Shown: in pieces, positions 24,876-37,272 of the stretch
How the letters are laid out: each line of letters starts with the position of its first letter
Numbering within the stretch: the first letter of the stretch is position 1
Assembly (NCBI RefSeq): GCF_053078305.1
Contig: NZ_CP166879.1
DNA length: 64,000 nucleotides
Reading direction: 5' to 3' (one strand)
The notes under the pieces: generated by a model
Told to the model about the DNA's origin: nothing
The model's database searches: none
The model's input: the letters and a program-made list of their open reading frames with translations, nothing else
Position numbers and translations under genes: made by a program

Positions 24876-26327
24876 ATGGAGTCATCCTTACGTATTGTCG
24901 CGATCACCAACTGCCCCGCCGGGATCGCTCACACCTACATGGTGGCGGAAGCCCTGGAACAGAAAGCCCGTTCTCTCGGCCATACCATAAAAGTGGAAAC
25001 TCAAGGGTCCAGCGGCGTTGAAAACCGCTTATCCAGCGAAGAGATTGCCGCTGCCGATTACGTGATTCTCGCCACCGGGCGTGGCCTGAGCGGTGACGAT
25101 CGCGCACGGTTTGCCGGGAAAAAAGTTTATGAGATTGCCATCTCCCAGGCGCTGAAAAATATCGATCAGATTTTCAGCGAATTACCGACAAACTCGCAGC
25201 TTTTTGCCGCAGATAGCGGCGTGAAGCTTGGCAAACAGGAAGTACAAAGCGGCAGCGTGATGAGCCACCTGATGGCGGGCGTCTCTGCGGCGCTGCCGTT
25301 TGTCATCGGCGGTGGTATCCTGGTGGCGCTTGCCAACATGCTGGTGCAGTTCGGTTTGCCGTATACCGATATGTCGAAAGGCGCGCCGTCGTTTACCTGG
25401 GTAGTTGAATCCATCGGTTACCTTGGCTTCACCTTTATGATCCCCATCATGGGCGCTTATATTGCCTCGTCGATTGCCGATAAACCGGCTTTCGCTCCGG
25501 CGTTTCTGGTTTGCTATCTGGCGAACGACAAAGCGCTGCTCGGCACCCAGTCGGGTGCGGGATTCCTCGGCGCGGTGGTGCTGGGGCTGGCGATTGGCTA
25601 TTTCGTCTTCTGGTTCCGTAAAGTCCGTCTTGGCAAAGCATTACAACCGCTGCTCGGTTCAATGCTGATCCCGTTCGTTACTCTGCTGGTTTTCGGCGTG
25701 CTCACTTACTACGTTATCGGACCGGTGATGTCCGACCTCATGGGCGGGCTACTGCACTTCCTCAATACCATTCCTCCATCAATGAAGTTTGCGGCAGCGT
25801 TTCTGGTCGGTGCGATGCTGGCGTTCGATATGGGCGGCCCCATCAATAAAACCGCCTGGTTCTTCTGCTTCTCACTGCTGGAAAAACACATTTATGACTG
25901 GTACGCCATCGTCGGCGTTGTCGCGCTGATGCCGCCCGTCGCGGCGGGTCTTGCGACGTTCATTGCGCCCAAACTGTTTACCCGACAGGAAAAAGAGGCT
26001 GCCAGTAGTGCCATTGTGGTCGGTGCCACAGTCGCAACCGAACCGGCTATTCCTTACGCTCTGGCAGCTCCGTTGCCGATGATTACCGCCAATACGCTGG
26101 CGGGCGGTATTACCGGCGTGCTGGTGATCGCTTTCGGAATCAAACGTCTGGCACCTGGTTTGGGTATCTTTGACCCGCTGATCGGCCTGATGTCGCCGGT
26201 GGGTTCGTTTTATCTGGTGCTGGCGATTGGCCTCGCGCTGAACATTTCATTCATTATCGTCCTGAAAGGATTGTGGTTACGCCGCAAAGCGAAAGCCGCG
26301 CAACAGGAGCTTGTCCATGAACATTGA
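24876..26327 (+). CDS. frvB: PTS fructose-like EIIBC component
   Basis: 483-aa protein from ATG at 24876 (track starts at an upstream GTG); AAGGAAG Shine-Dalgarno; polytopic. Confidence 0.9.
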   Translation: MESSLRIVAITNCPAGIAHTYMVAEALEQKARSLGHTIKVETQGSSGVENRLSSEEIAAADYVILATGRGLSGDDRARFAGKKVYEIAISQALKNIDQIFSELPTNSQLFAADSGVKLGKQEVQSGSVMSHLMAGVSAALPFVIGGGILVALANMLVQFGLPYTDMSKGAPSFTWVVESIGYLGFTFMIPIMGAYIASSIADKPAFAPAFLVCYLANDKALLGTQSGAGFLGAVVLGLAIGYFVFWFRKVRLGKALQPLLGSMLIPFVTLLVFGVLTYYVIGPVMSDLMGGLLHFLNTIPPSMKFAAAFLVGAMLAFDMGGPINKTAWFFCFSLLEKHIYDWYAIVGVVALMPPVAAGLATFIAPKLFTRQEKEAASSAIVVGATVATEPAIPYALAAPLPMITANTLAGGITGVLVIAFGIKRLAPGLGIFDPLIGLMSPVGSFYLVLAIGLALNISFIIVLKGLWLRRKAKAAQQELVHEH

Positions 26328-27387
26328 GTTACTGCAACAGTTGTGCGAAGCCAGCGCCGTCAGCGGCGATGAACAGGAAGTTCGCGACATTCTGATAAAC
26401 ACGCTGGAACCTTGCGTTAATGAGATCACCTTTGATGGTCTGGGCAGCTTTGTTGCCCGTAAGGGAAATAAAGGTCCAAAAGTTGCCGTTGTCGGGCATA
26501 TGGATGAAGTCGGCTTTATGGTCACCCACATCGACGAGAGCGGTTTTCTGCGCTTTACCACCATTGGCGGCTGGTGGAATCAGTCGATGCTCAACCACCG
26601 GGTAACAATACGCACACACAAGGGAGTGAAAATCCCTGGTGTGATTGGTTCCGTAGCGCCTCATGCGTTAACGGAAAAGCAAAAGCAACAACCGCTGTCA
26701 TTTGATGAGATGTTCATTGATATTGGCGCGAACAGTCGCGAAGAAGCGAAAAAACGCGGCGTGGAAATTGGTAATTTTATTAGCCCGGAGGCCAATTTTG
26801 CCTGCTGGGGCGAAGATAAAGTAGTCGGCAAGGCGCTGGATAACCGCATCGGCTGCGCGATGATGGCGGAGCTACTACAGACAGTAAATAACCCAGAAAT
26901 TACGCTGTACGGCGTCGGCAGCGTGGAAGAAGAAGTTGGGCTACGCGGGGCACAAACCTCGGCTGAACACACTAAACCGGATGTGGTGATCGTGCTGGAT
27001 ACCGCCGTCGCGGGCGATGTTCCGGGCATTGATAACATTAAATACCCGCTGAAACTGGGCCAGGGGCCGGGGCTGATGCTGTTTGACAAGCGCTACTTCC
27101 CCAACCAGAAACTGGTAGCAGCGTTAAAAAACTGTGCCACGCAGAATGATTTACCGCTGCAATTTTCCACCATGAAAACCGGAGCGACGGATGGCGGGCG
27201 CTACAACGTGATGGGCGGCGGGCGTCCGGTTGTCGCGCTGTGTCTGCCAACTCGTTATCTGCACGCCAACAGCGGTATGATTTCAAAAGCCGATTATGAT
27301 GCTCTGCTCACGCTGATACGGGGTTTTCTGACGACCTTAACTGCGGAGAAAGTCAACGCGTTTAGCCAGTTCCGTCAGGTGGATTAA
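26317..27387 (+). CDS. frvX: M42-family aminopeptidase/cellulase-like protein
   Basis: 356-aa protein from ATG at 26317 (track starts at TTG); AGGAG Shine-Dalgarno. Confidence 0.9.
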   Translation: MNIELLQQLCEASAVSGDEQEVRDILINTLEPCVNEITFDGLGSFVARKGNKGPKVAVVGHMDEVGFMVTHIDESGFLRFTTIGGWWNQSMLNHRVTIRTHKGVKIPGVIGSVAPHALTEKQKQQPLSFDEMFIDIGANSREEAKKRGVEIGNFISPEANFACWGEDKVVGKALDNRIGCAMMAELLQTVNNPEITLYGVGSVEEEVGLRGAQTSAEHTKPDVVIVLDTAVAGDVPGIDNIKYPLKLGQGPGLMLFDKRYFPNQKLVAALKNCATQNDLPLQFSTMKTGATDGGRYNVMGGGRPVVALCLPTRYLHANSGMISKADYDALLTLIRGFLTTLTAEKVNAFSQFRQVD

Positions 27388-29135
27388 TGCTAAACGAACG
27401 CCAGTTAAAGATTGTCGATCTGCTGGAGCAACAGCCGCGCACGCCTGGCGAGCTGGCGCAACAGACTGGCGTTTCAGGCAGGACCATCCTGCGTGATATT
27501 GACTATCTCAACTTTACCCTTAACGGCAAAGCTCGTATCTCTGCCAGTGGCAGTGCGGGCTATCAGCTGGAAATCTTCGAGCGCCGCAGTTTTTTTCAGT
27601 TGCTGCAAAAGCACGATAACGACGATCGGCTGCTGGCGCTGTTATTACTGAATACTTTCACTCCCCGTGCGCAACTCGCCTCGGCGCTTAATTTGCCAGA
27701 AACGTGGGTAGCAGAGCGTCTGCCCCGCCTGAAACAGCGTTATGAACGTACTTGCTGCCTGGCCAGTCGCCCCGGTTTGGGCCATTTCATTGATGAAACA
27801 GAAGAGAAACGCGTTATCTTGCTGGCGAACTTGCTACGCAAAGATCCGTTTTTAATACCTTTGGCTGGCGTAACACGAGATAACCTTCAGCATTTATCCA
27901 CGGTCTGCGACAACCAACACCGCTGGCCGCTCATGCAGGGTGATTATCTCTCCAGCCTGATTCTGGCGATTTACGCCCTGCGTAATCAACTGACCGATGA
28001 GTGGCCGCAATATCCCGGTGACGAGATAAAACAAATCGTTGAACATAGCGGTCTGTTTCTTGGTGATAACGCTGTAAGAACCCTGACAGGTTTGATAGAG
28101 AAACAGCATCAGCAAGCGCAGGTAATTTCTGCCGATCATGTGCTGGGGTTGCTGCAAAGGGTGCCAGGCATCGCGTCATTGAATATTATTGATACGCAGT
28201 TGGTTGAGAATATTACCGGGCATTTATTACGTTGCCTTGCCGCACCGGTGTGGATTGCCGAGCACCGCCAAAGCAGCATGAATAACCTGAAAGCCGCCTG
28301 GCCTGCGGCCTTTGATATGAGTCTGCACTTTATTACGCTACTGCGAGAACAGCTCGATATTCCTCTTTTCGACAGCGATCTGATCGGTTTGTATTTTGCC
28401 TGTGCGCTGGAACGACATCAAAACGAACGCCAGCCGATCATTTTGCTCTCGGACCAGAACGCGATTGCCACCATTAATCAGCTCGCCATTGAGCGCGATG
28501 TTTTACATTGTCGGGTGATTATTGCCCGTAGCTTAAGCGAGCTTGTTGCCATTCGCGAAGAGATTGAGCCGTTATTGATCATTAACAACAGCCATTATTT
28601 ACTGGATGACGCGGTAAATAATTACATCACCGTAAAAAATATCATTACGGCTGCCGGTATCGAACAAATAAAACATTTTCTGGCGACGGCATTTATTCGC
28701 CAGCAACCGGAGCGTTTTTTCTCTGCCCCCGGAAGTTTTCATTATTCGAATGTACGCGGTGAAAGCTGGCAACATATTACCCGGCAAATTTGTGCGCAAT
28801 TAGTCGCACAACACCATATTACCGCCGATGAAGCGCAACGGATCATCGCCCGCGAAGGCGAAGGTGAAAACCTGATTGTTAATCGCCTCGCCATCCCACA
28901 TTGCTGGAGCGAACAGGAGCGACGTTTTCGTGGATTTTTTATTACCCTCGCCCAATCAGTTGAGGTGAATAACGAAGTCATTAACCATGTCTTGATCGCC
29001 TGCGCCGCCGCCGATGCGCGTCATGAGCTAAAAATATTTAGCTATCTGGCAAGCGTATTGTGTCAGCATCCGGCAGAGGTTATTGCCGGGTTAACAGGAT
29101 ATGAGGCATTTATGGAGTTACTTCACAAGGGGTGA
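27387..29135 (+). CDS. frvR: frv operon transcriptional regulator
   Basis: 582-aa ORF; ATG overlaps frvX stop (ttaATG); N-terminal HTH. Confidence 0.9.
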   Translation: MLNERQLKIVDLLEQQPRTPGELAQQTGVSGRTILRDIDYLNFTLNGKARISASGSAGYQLEIFERRSFFQLLQKHDNDDRLLALLLLNTFTPRAQLASALNLPETWVAERLPRLKQRYERTCCLASRPGLGHFIDETEEKRVILLANLLRKDPFLIPLAGVTRDNLQHLSTVCDNQHRWPLMQGDYLSSLILAIYALRNQLTDEWPQYPGDEIKQIVEHSGLFLGDNAVRTLTGLIEKQHQQAQVISADHVLGLLQRVPGIASLNIIDTQLVENITGHLLRCLAAPVWIAEHRQSSMNNLKAAWPAAFDMSLHFITLLREQLDIPLFDSDLIGLYFACALERHQNERQPIILLSDQNAIATINQLAIERDVLHCRVIIARSLSELVAIREEIEPLLIINNSHYLLDDAVNNYITVKNIITAAGIEQIKHFLATAFIRQQPERFFSAPGSFHYSNVRGESWQHITRQICAQLVAQHHITADEAQRIIAREGEGENLIVNRLAIPHCWSEQERRFRGFFITLAQSVEVNNEVINHVLIACAAADARHELKIFSYLASVLCQHPAEVIAGLTGYEAFMELLHKG

Positions 29136-29184
29136 ACTGTGTCGGATGCGCCGCATCCGACACTGCATTTATCATCAAAAACGT

Positions 29185-30240
29185 TTAACGCAGGCTATTA
29201 TAGTCATCAACCATTTCGTTGTACTCGCGTAACGCTCGTGGAAATGAGTCTTCGACCATCCAGCTTGTGTTTGCATCCTGAAGATGCTCTTTATCCCAGT
29301 CAGAGTACGGGACTTTATCTCTGACGCGGCGAACATATTTTTTAGTCTCGAGTTGATACTGGTCTGCCGAATTAATGAACGAGAAATTCATACCGCCTTT
29401 ATCCGCTTCTTTGGCCTGCGCCACCAGCGTTTCCAGTTCAGAGACTTTCTTCATTGCCGCATCAACATCAAACTTCTCTTGCGAAATCAGGTTATTAATT
29501 TGTTTCGCTGAAATCATGACTGCCAGAGAGTAGTAGTGGAATGTTTTCCCTTCTCTTTCTTCAATATTTTTCAGTTCCGCAAGCTGGCGCTTATCGTTAA
29601 TTTCCTGAATCGCCGCATGATAAGATTCTGCTACAGGTTCAAAGGCTTCCAGATTTTTTAAGAATGTCTGGTGCAGCGTTTTCCCTTTCGCAAACGCATC
29701 GTCTTTATAATTTTCCTGGGTGTAATATTTATCCATTTCGTTAATGGTATTACCCAACGCCACGGCAGCATCGATATAACTCACCGCCACGCCATCAATT
29801 GGTTGCAGCGCAGGCGTTAACGCCACAGCACTTTTTACGCCTTTTTCACACTCAGCGAGGCTGGATTCACTAATGCCGTAGATGCCATAAACAGTACGCT
29901 CTTCACCGGTAGGCCCCTGTTTAAAATCTTTCAGCCAGTCAGCATAACGCGCCAGACTGCTCTGTACCGGGATCTGTAACTTGTTGTAGCACTTGATATA
30001 GACATCCATTTTTTCGTCGAAAACCGCTTGTTCATCGACCACCGGTTGCGCAGGTGTTTCAGGTTTAGCTTCTGCTTTTGCAACGGGAGCTTCAGTAGGT
30101 TTCGCTTCAGGAGCTGGTGCGGCAGGTTGACTATTGGCAGGCGGGAGCGTTTCTGTTTCGGCTTTTTTATCATCACAACCCGTCAGACCGAGGGCCATGA
30201 TGGCGACTATAATAGCGGAAGATAATAAATTCCTTTTCAT
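29185..30240 (-). CDS. yiiG: DUF3829 lipoprotein YiiG
   Basis: 351-aa ORF with lipobox LTGC after signal peptide. Confidence 0.85.
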   Translation of the reverse strand: MKRNLLSSAIIVAIMALGLTGCDDKKAETETLPPANSQPAAPAPEAKPTEAPVAKAEAKPETPAQPVVDEQAVFDEKMDVYIKCYNKLQIPVQSSLARYADWLKDFKQGPTGEERTVYGIYGISESSLAECEKGVKSAVALTPALQPIDGVAVSYIDAAVALGNTINEMDKYYTQENYKDDAFAKGKTLHQTFLKNLEAFEPVAESYHAAIQEINDKRQLAELKNIEEREGKTFHYYSLAVMISAKQINNLISQEKFDVDAAMKKVSELETLVAQAKEADKGGMNFSFINSADQYQLETKKYVRRVRDKVPYSDWDKEHLQDANTSWMVEDSFPRALREYNEMVDDYNSLR

Positions 30241-30392
30241 TTAATTGCCTTATAAATATATAGATAAGAGAGTGAACATAATAAATGAAAAAAGAAAACG
30301 CCACTACACGCATTTTGTTTATAAATAAAATAATAAAATTCACGAAATGAATAAGTCCTGCAATTTAATATATATCGCAGGACTTATTTTAA

Positions 30393-31226
30393 TTAATTGC
30401 TCAAACGCTGCGGATGGGTATAAACCGTTGCCCGACCCGGTTTACAAAAACCTACCAGTGTCAAATTACAGCGCTCAGCCACTTCTACAGCAAGCGTGGT
30501 CGCGGCAGACACCGCAAACAAAATCTCTACGCCGCACATCGCCGACTTTTGCACCATTTCATAACTGGCACGACTGGAAACCAGTACCGCACCTTGCTGC
30601 CAGCTTTCCCCTTCTTGTGACCGGCGGCCTAACAGTTTGTCCAGCGCCACATGGCGACCCACGTCTTCATGCCCGCCGACCAGTTCGCCAGATGGCAACA
30701 TCCAGGCAGCGGCGTGAGTACAACCAGTCAGTTGCCCCACTGGCTGAAAATCGTTGAGATGACGTAATGCATCATCCAGTTTGTTGAGATCAAACGTCTG
30801 GGTGAACGGTAGCGGCTGCACCGGTTTTCCGATGTCATTAAGTTGCTCCACGCCGCATACGCCACAGCCCGTACGTCCCGCCAGCGCCCGGCGGCGCTCC
30901 TTCAACCCCATAAAGCGGCGGCTGGAAAGCTCAATTTGTACTTCAAGACCATTACAGGAAGGAACGACATCCATGCCGAAGATATCGCGCGGACTTTCTA
31001 TTATCCCCTCGGAAAGCGAAAAACCGAGCGCAAAGTACTCAAGGTCTTTGGGCGACGCCATCATCACCACATGCGAAATGCCGTTGTAGACCAGCGCAAC
31101 GGGAACTTCTTCCGCGACCTCATCTAACCGTGGGTGTTGTAAATCATCACGCCGCCATAACTCAATTTGACGAACACCTGTGATATTTGTCACATTTTCG
31201 ATTTCTTTTTGCTGTGTTTTTTTCAC
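30393..31226 (-). CDS. fdhD: Formate dehydrogenase sulfurtransferase/accessory protein
   Basis: 277-aa ORF recognised as FdhD; divergent from fdoG. Confidence 0.93.
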
Positions 31227-31419
31227 TTTCTCTTAACCAGATAAGAACACACACACCAACATTATGGTATTCTGTTACAAACCCTTCCTGGATGGAGGGA
31301 AATTGAGCCAATTCTGGACCTTTGCGGCCCCTTCCGCAAAGAAAAATAACTCCCACTCCCTGCACACGCAGCAAGCGAATGTAAATGGGACGTGACAATG
31401 TCGAAACAAGGAGCAATCC

Positions 31420-34400
31420 ATGCAGGTCAGCAGAAGGCAGTTCTTTAAGATCTGCGCTGGCGGTATGGCAGGCACCACGGCAGCGGCACTGGGTTTTGCA
31501 CCCAGCGTAGCACTCGCGGAAACCCGGCAGTATAAACTGCTGCGCACCCGCGAAACCCGTAATACCTGCACCTATTGTTCCGTAGGCTGTGGGCTGTTGA
31601 TGTACAGCCTCGGTGACGGAGCAAAAAACGCCAAAGCATCTATCTTCCATATCGAAGGCGATCCGGATCACCCGGTCAACCGCGGTGCACTTTGTCCGAA
31701 AGGCGCTGGCCTGGTGGATTTCATCCACTCCGAAAGCCGTCTGAAGTTTCCGGAATACCGTGCGCCAGGTTCTGATAAATGGCAGCAAATCAGTTGGGAA
31801 GAGGCGTTTGATCGCATCGCCAAACTGATGAAAGAAGACCGCGATGCTAACTACATTGCGCAAAACGCCGAAGGCGTGACTGTTAACCGCTGGCTCTCCA
31901 CCGGGATGCTGTGCGCTTCCGCGTCGAGTAACGAAACCGGCTATTTAACGCAAAAATTCTCCCGCGCGCTGGGTATGCTCGCGGTCGACAACCAGGCGCG
32001 TGTCTGACACGGACCAACGGTAGCAAGTCTTGCTCCAACATTTGGTCGCGGTGCGATGACCAACCACTGGGTCGACATCAAGAACGCCAACCTCGTCGTG
32101 GTGATGGGCGGTAACGCCGCTGAAGCTCACCCGGTCGGGTTCCGCTGGGCGATGGAAGCCAAAATTCACAATGGCGCGAAGCTGATTGTGATCGATCCTC
32201 GCTTTACGCGTACGGCTGCGGTGGCTGACTACTATGCCCCTATTCGTTCCGGTACTGACATTGCTTTCCTGTCAGGCGTATTGCTGTACCTGCTGAACAA
32301 TGAAAAATTCAACCGCGAATACACCGAAGCCTATACCAACGCCAGCCTGATCGTGCGTGAGGATTACGGCTTTGAAGATGGCCTGTTCACCGGCTACGAC
32401 GCGGAAAAACGCAAGTACGATAAATCCTCCTGGACTTACGAACTGGACGAAAACGGCTTCGCCAAACGCGATACCACGCTGCAACATCCGCGCTGCGTGT
32501 GGAACTTGCTGAAACAGCACGTTTCCCGCTACACGCCAGATGTGGTTGAAAACATCTGTGGTACGCCAAAAGACGCGTTCCTGAAAGTCTGCGAATACAT
32601 CGCAGAAACCAGTGCTCACGATAAAACTGCCTCGTTCCTGTATGCCCTCGGCTGGACGCAACACTCCGTTGGTGCGCAAAACATTCGTACGATGGCGATG
32701 ATCCAGCTGCTGCTCGGTAACATGGGGATGGCTGGCGGCGGCGTTAACGCCCTGCGCGGTCACTCCAATATTCAGGGGCTGACGGACCTGGGGCTGCTGT
32801 CGCAGAGCCTGCCAGGTTACATGACGCTGCCAAGCGAGAAGCAGACCGATCTGCAAACCTACCTTACCGCCAACACGCCAAAACCGCTGCTGGAAGGCCA
32901 GGTAAACTACTGGGGCAACTACCCGAAATTCTTCGTCTCCATGATGAAGGCCTTCTTTGGTGATAAAGCGACGGCGGAAAATAGCTGGGGCTTTGACTGG
33001 TTGCCGAAGTGGGATAAAGGCTACGACGTCCTGCAATACTTCGAGATGATGAAAGAGGGCAAGGTCAATGGCTATATCTGCCAGGGCTTTAACCCTGTTG
33101 CCTCATTCCCGAACAAAAACAAAGTGATCGGTTGTCTGTCGAAACTGAAGTTCCTCGTCACCATCGACCCGCTGAACACTGAAACCTCTAACTTCTGGCA
33201 GAACCACGGTGAGCTGAACGAAGTTGACTCGTCGAAGATCCAGACCGAAGTGTTCCGTCTGCCATCGACCTGCTTCGCGGAAGAGAACGGTTCTATCGTT
33301 AACTCAGGTCGCTGGTTACAGTGGCACTGGAAAGGTGCGGACGCCCCGGGGATTGCGCTGACTGACGGCGAGATCCTCTCCGGTATCTTCCTGCGCTTGC
33401 GCAAGATGTATGCCGAACAGGGTGGCGCGAACCCGGACCAGGTGCTGAACATGACCTGGAACTACGCCATTCCGCATGAGCCGAAGTCGGAAGAAGTAGC
33501 GATGGAGAGCAACGGTAAGGCGCTGGCCGATATTACCGATCCGGCAACCGGTGCGGTTATCGTCAAGAAAGGCCAACAACTTAGCTCGTTCGCCCAATTG
33601 CGCGATGACGGTACAACCTCCTGTGGCTGCTGGATTTTCGCCGGTAGCTGGACGCCGGAAGGCAACCAGATGGCACGCCGTGATAACGCCGATCCGTCTG
33701 GCCTCGGTAACACGCTGGGCTGGGCATGGGCATGGCCGCTTAACCGCCGCATTCTGTATAACCGCGCCTCCGCAGATCCGCAGGGTAACCCGTGGGATCC
33801 GAAGCGTCAGTTGCTGAAATGGGACGGCACTAAGTGGACCGGCTGGGATATTCCGGACTACAGCGCAGCGCCTCCGGGTAGCGGCGTCGGGCCGTTTATC
33901 ATGCAGCAGGAAGGCATGGGGCGTCTGTTTGCCCTCGATAAGATGGCGGAAGGTCCGTTCCCGGAACACTACGAGCCGTTTGAAACGCCGCTGGGAACTA
34001 ACCCGCTGCATCCAAACGTTATCTCGAACCCGGCTGCACGTATCTTTAAAGACGATGCCGAAGCATTGGGTAAAGCCGATAAGTTCCCGTATGTCGGAAC
34101 CACCTATCGTCTGACCGAGCACTTCCACTACTGGACCAAACACGCGCTGTTGAACGCGATTTTGCAGCCAGAGCAGTTTGTGGAAATCGGGGAGTCGCTG
34201 GCGAATAAACTTGGCATTGCCCAGGGCGATACCGTGAAAGTCTCCTCCAACCGTGGCTATATCAAAGCCAAAGCGGTGGTGACCAAACGTATTCGCACGC
34301 TGAAAGCGAACGGCAAAGATATCGATACCATCGGTATTCCGATTCACTGGGGCTATGAAGGCGTAGCTAAAAAAGGCTTTATTGCCAATACGTTAACGCC

Positions 34401-34470
34401 ATTCGTTGGTGATGCAAACACGCAGACGCCGGAGTTTAAGTCCTTCCTTGTGAATGTGGAAAAGGTGTAA
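31420..34470 (+). CDS. fdoG: Formate dehydrogenase-O major subunit (selenocysteine-containing)
   Basis: Two same-frame track ORFs (31420..32007 and 32056..34470) joined across in-frame TGA at 32005..32007, read as Sec196; Tat signal RRQFFK; total 1016 aa. Confidence 0.95.
32005..32050 (+). promoter_or_regulatory. Selenocysteine UGA codon plus downstream SECIS region
   Basis: In-frame UGA followed by a region with stem potential (agcaag..cttgct); bacterial SECIS lies immediately 3' of the UGA. Confidence 0.6.
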
Positions 34471-34482
34471 CGGAGACGACAT

Positions 34483-35385
34483 ATGGCTTATCAATCGCAA
34501 GATATCATTCGTCGTTCCGCGACTAACGGTCTGACCCCCGCGCCTCAGGCGCGGGACTTCCAGGAAGAAGTGGCGAAACTCATCGACGTCACCACCTGTA
34601 TCGGCTGTAAAGCCTGTCAGGTGGCGTGTTCAGAGTGGAACGACATTCGCGATACCGTCGGCAATAACATTGGGGTGTACGACAACCCCAATGATTTAAG
34701 TGCCAAATCGTGGACGGTGATGCGCTTCTCGGAAGTGGAGCAGAACGACAAACTGGAATGGCTGATCCGCAAAGACGGCTGTATGCACTGTTCCGATCCA
34801 GGCTGTCTGAAAGCGTGCCCGGCGGAAGGTGCAATTATTCAGTATGCCAACGGTATCGTCGACTTCCAGTCCGAGCAGTGCATTGGCTGCGGTTATTGCA
34901 TTGCGGGCTGTCCGTTCGACATTCCGCGCCTCAACCCGGAAGACAACCGCGTCTACAAATGTACGCTGTGCGTTGACCGCGTGGTGGTTGGGCAAGAACC
35001 AGCCTGCGTGAAGACCTGCCCAACGGGCGCGATTCACTTCGGTACGAAAGAGTCGATGAAAACGCTGGCGAGCGAGCGCGTGGCGGAGCTGAAAACCCGC
35101 GGTTACGACAATGCGGGCCTGTACGATCCGGCAGGCGTCGGTGGTACACACGTTATGTACGTGCTGCACCATGCTGACAAGCCAAATCTGTATCATGGCT
35201 TGCCGGAGAACCCGGAAATCAGCGAAACCGTGAAATTCTGGAAAGGCATCTGGAAACCGCTCGCAGCTGTTGGCTTTGCGGCTACCTTCGCAGCCAGTAT
35301 CTTCCACTACGTGGGTGTCGGTCCGAACCGTGCGGATGAGGAAGAGAATAATCTGCACGAAGAGAAAGACGAGGAGCGCAAATGA
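34483..35385 (+). CDS. fdoH: Formate dehydrogenase-O iron-sulfur subunit
   Basis: 300-aa ORF with four Cys-rich ferredoxin-type motifs. Confidence 0.95.
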
Positions 35386-36017
35386 AACGACGTGACACCA
35401 TCGTGCGCTACACCGCGCCGGAACGTATCAACCACTGGATCACCGCCTTCTGCTTCATCCTGGCGGCGGTGAGCGGGCTGGGCTTTTTGTTCCCGTCCTT
35501 CAACTGGTTGATGCAAATCATGGGCACACCGCAGCTGGCGCGAATTCTGCACCCGTTTGTCGGCGTGGTTATGTTTGCCTCGTTCATCATCATGTTTTTC
35601 CGTTACTGGCATCACAACCTAATCAATCGGGATGATATCTTTTGGGCGAAGAATATTCGTAAGATCGTCGTCAACGAGGAAGTAGGTGACACCGGGCGTT
35701 ATAACTTCGGTCAGAAATGCGTTTTCTGGGCGGCGATTATTTTCCTGGTTCTGCTGCTGGTGAGCGGCGTGATTATCTGGCGTCCTTATTTTGCGCCTGC
35801 TTTCTCAATCCCGGTGATCCGATTCGCGTTAATGCTGCATTCATTTGCCGCAGTGGCGTTAATTGTGGTTATCATGGTGCATATCTACGCCGCCCTTTGG
35901 GTGAAAGGCACGATTACCGCCATGGTGGAAGGATGGGTTACCAGCGCCTGGGCGAAGAAACATCACCCGCGCTGGTACCGTGAGGTCCGCAAGACAACGG
36001 AAAAGAAAGCTGAATGA
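35382..36017 (+). CDS. fdoI: Formate dehydrogenase-O cytochrome b556 subunit
   Basis: 211-aa membrane ORF overlapping fdoH stop. Confidence 0.95.
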
Positions 36018-36943
36018 GTATTCGCATAATCCCGCAAGATGAGCTGGGTTCGAGCGAGAAACGTACGGCGGATATGATTCCGCCGTTATTGTTCCCTCGG
36101 CTCAAGAATTTATACAACCGCCGCGCCGAGCGTCTGCGCGAGTTGGCAGAAAATAATCCGCTGGGTGATTACCTGCGCTTTGCTGCGCTTATCGCCCACG
36201 CCCAGGAAGTGGTGCTGTACGACCATCCGCTGGAGATGGATCTGACTGCACGCATTAAAGAAGCCAGCGCACAAGGCAAGCCCCCGCTGGATATTCACGT
36301 TCTGCCGCGTGATAAGCACTGGCAAAAGCTGCTGATGGCGCTAATTGCTGAGCTGAAACCTGAAATGAGCGGCCCGGCGCTGGCAGTGATTGAGAATCTG
36401 GAGAAGGCATCGACTCAGGAGCTGGAAGATATGGCCAGCGCACTGTTTGCCTCTGATTTCTCATCCGTCAGTAGCGATAAAGCGCCGTTTATCTGGGCTG
36501 CACTGTCGCTCTACTGGGCGCAGATGGCCAATCTGATCCCCGGCAAAGCCCGCGCTGAATACGGCGAACAACGTCAATATTGCCCGGTATGTGGCTCTAT
36601 GCCGGTGTCCAGCATGGTGCAAATTGGCACCACTCAGGGGCTACGTTACCTGCACTGCAACCTGTGTGAAACTGAATGGCACGTTGTGCGCGTAAAATGC
36701 AGCAACTGCGAGCAGAGCGGCAAACTGCATTACTGGTCGCTGGATGACGAACAGGCCGCGATTAAAGCCGAAAGCTGCGATGACTGCGGCACTTACCTGA
36801 AAATTCTCTATCAGGAAAAAGAACCGAAAGTTGAAGCCGTAGCAGATGACCTCGCCTCTCTGGTACTGGACGCACGAATGGAGCAAGAAGGCTATGCCCG
36901 CAGTTCCATCAACCCGTTCCTGTTTCCGGGTGAAGGGGAGTAA
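36014..36943 (+). CDS. fdhE: Formate dehydrogenase formation protein
   Basis: 309-aa ORF with paired CxxC motifs. Confidence 0.93.
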   Translation: MSIRIIPQDELGSSEKRTADMIPPLLFPRLKNLYNRRAERLRELAENNPLGDYLRFAALIAHAQEVVLYDHPLEMDLTARIKEASAQGKPPLDIHVLPRDKHWQKLLMALIAELKPEMSGPALAVIENLEKASTQELEDMASALFASDFSSVSSDKAPFIWAALSLYWAQMANLIPGKARAEYGEQRQYCPVCGSMPVSSMVQIGTTQGLRYLHCNLCETEWHVVRVKCSNCEQSGKLHYWSLDDEQAAIKAESCDDCGTYLKILYQEKEPKVEAVADDLASLVLDARMEQEGYARSSINPFLFPGEGE

Positions 36944-37123
36944 TCTCTGACGTTTTCCGGGTGGCGCTGGTCGCCCGGATTACAGCTCATAGGGTGTGAC
37001 GACACCATCTCTCGTATTCCGCGTTACCACCTCAAGCTATGCCGCCAGTGCCTGTTTTGCCTCAATTTACCCACCCCCACATCAATAAGGTTATGGGTAT
37101 GAGACTGATGATAAGCGTAAGAT

Positions 37124-37222
37124 TGCCTGATGCGCCGCGCTTATTAGGCCTACCAATAAACTGCAATACATTGAATTTATACGACTTTGTAGGCCGGGTA
37201 AGGCGTTCACGCCGCATCCGGC
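37124..37222. repeat. REP/BIME element pair
   Basis: gcctgatgcgccgcgcttattaggcctac ... gtaggccgggtaaggcgttcacgccgcatccggca. Confidence 0.85.
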
Positions 37223-37272
37223 ATGAACAACGCGCACGTTGTCAGCAATCTGATTGATATCATTTTTTCCCA

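Noticed and set aside
31420-32007. fdoG as a frameshifted or truncated pseudogene
   Set aside because: The two pieces are in the same frame separated by a single TGA at the known selenocysteine position; this is programmed recoding.
33316-34347. 343-aa minus-strand ORF, and 254-aa ORF at 32272..33036
   Set aside because: Both lie antisense within fdoG and have no recognisable features; long antisense ORFs are common in high-GC coding sequence.
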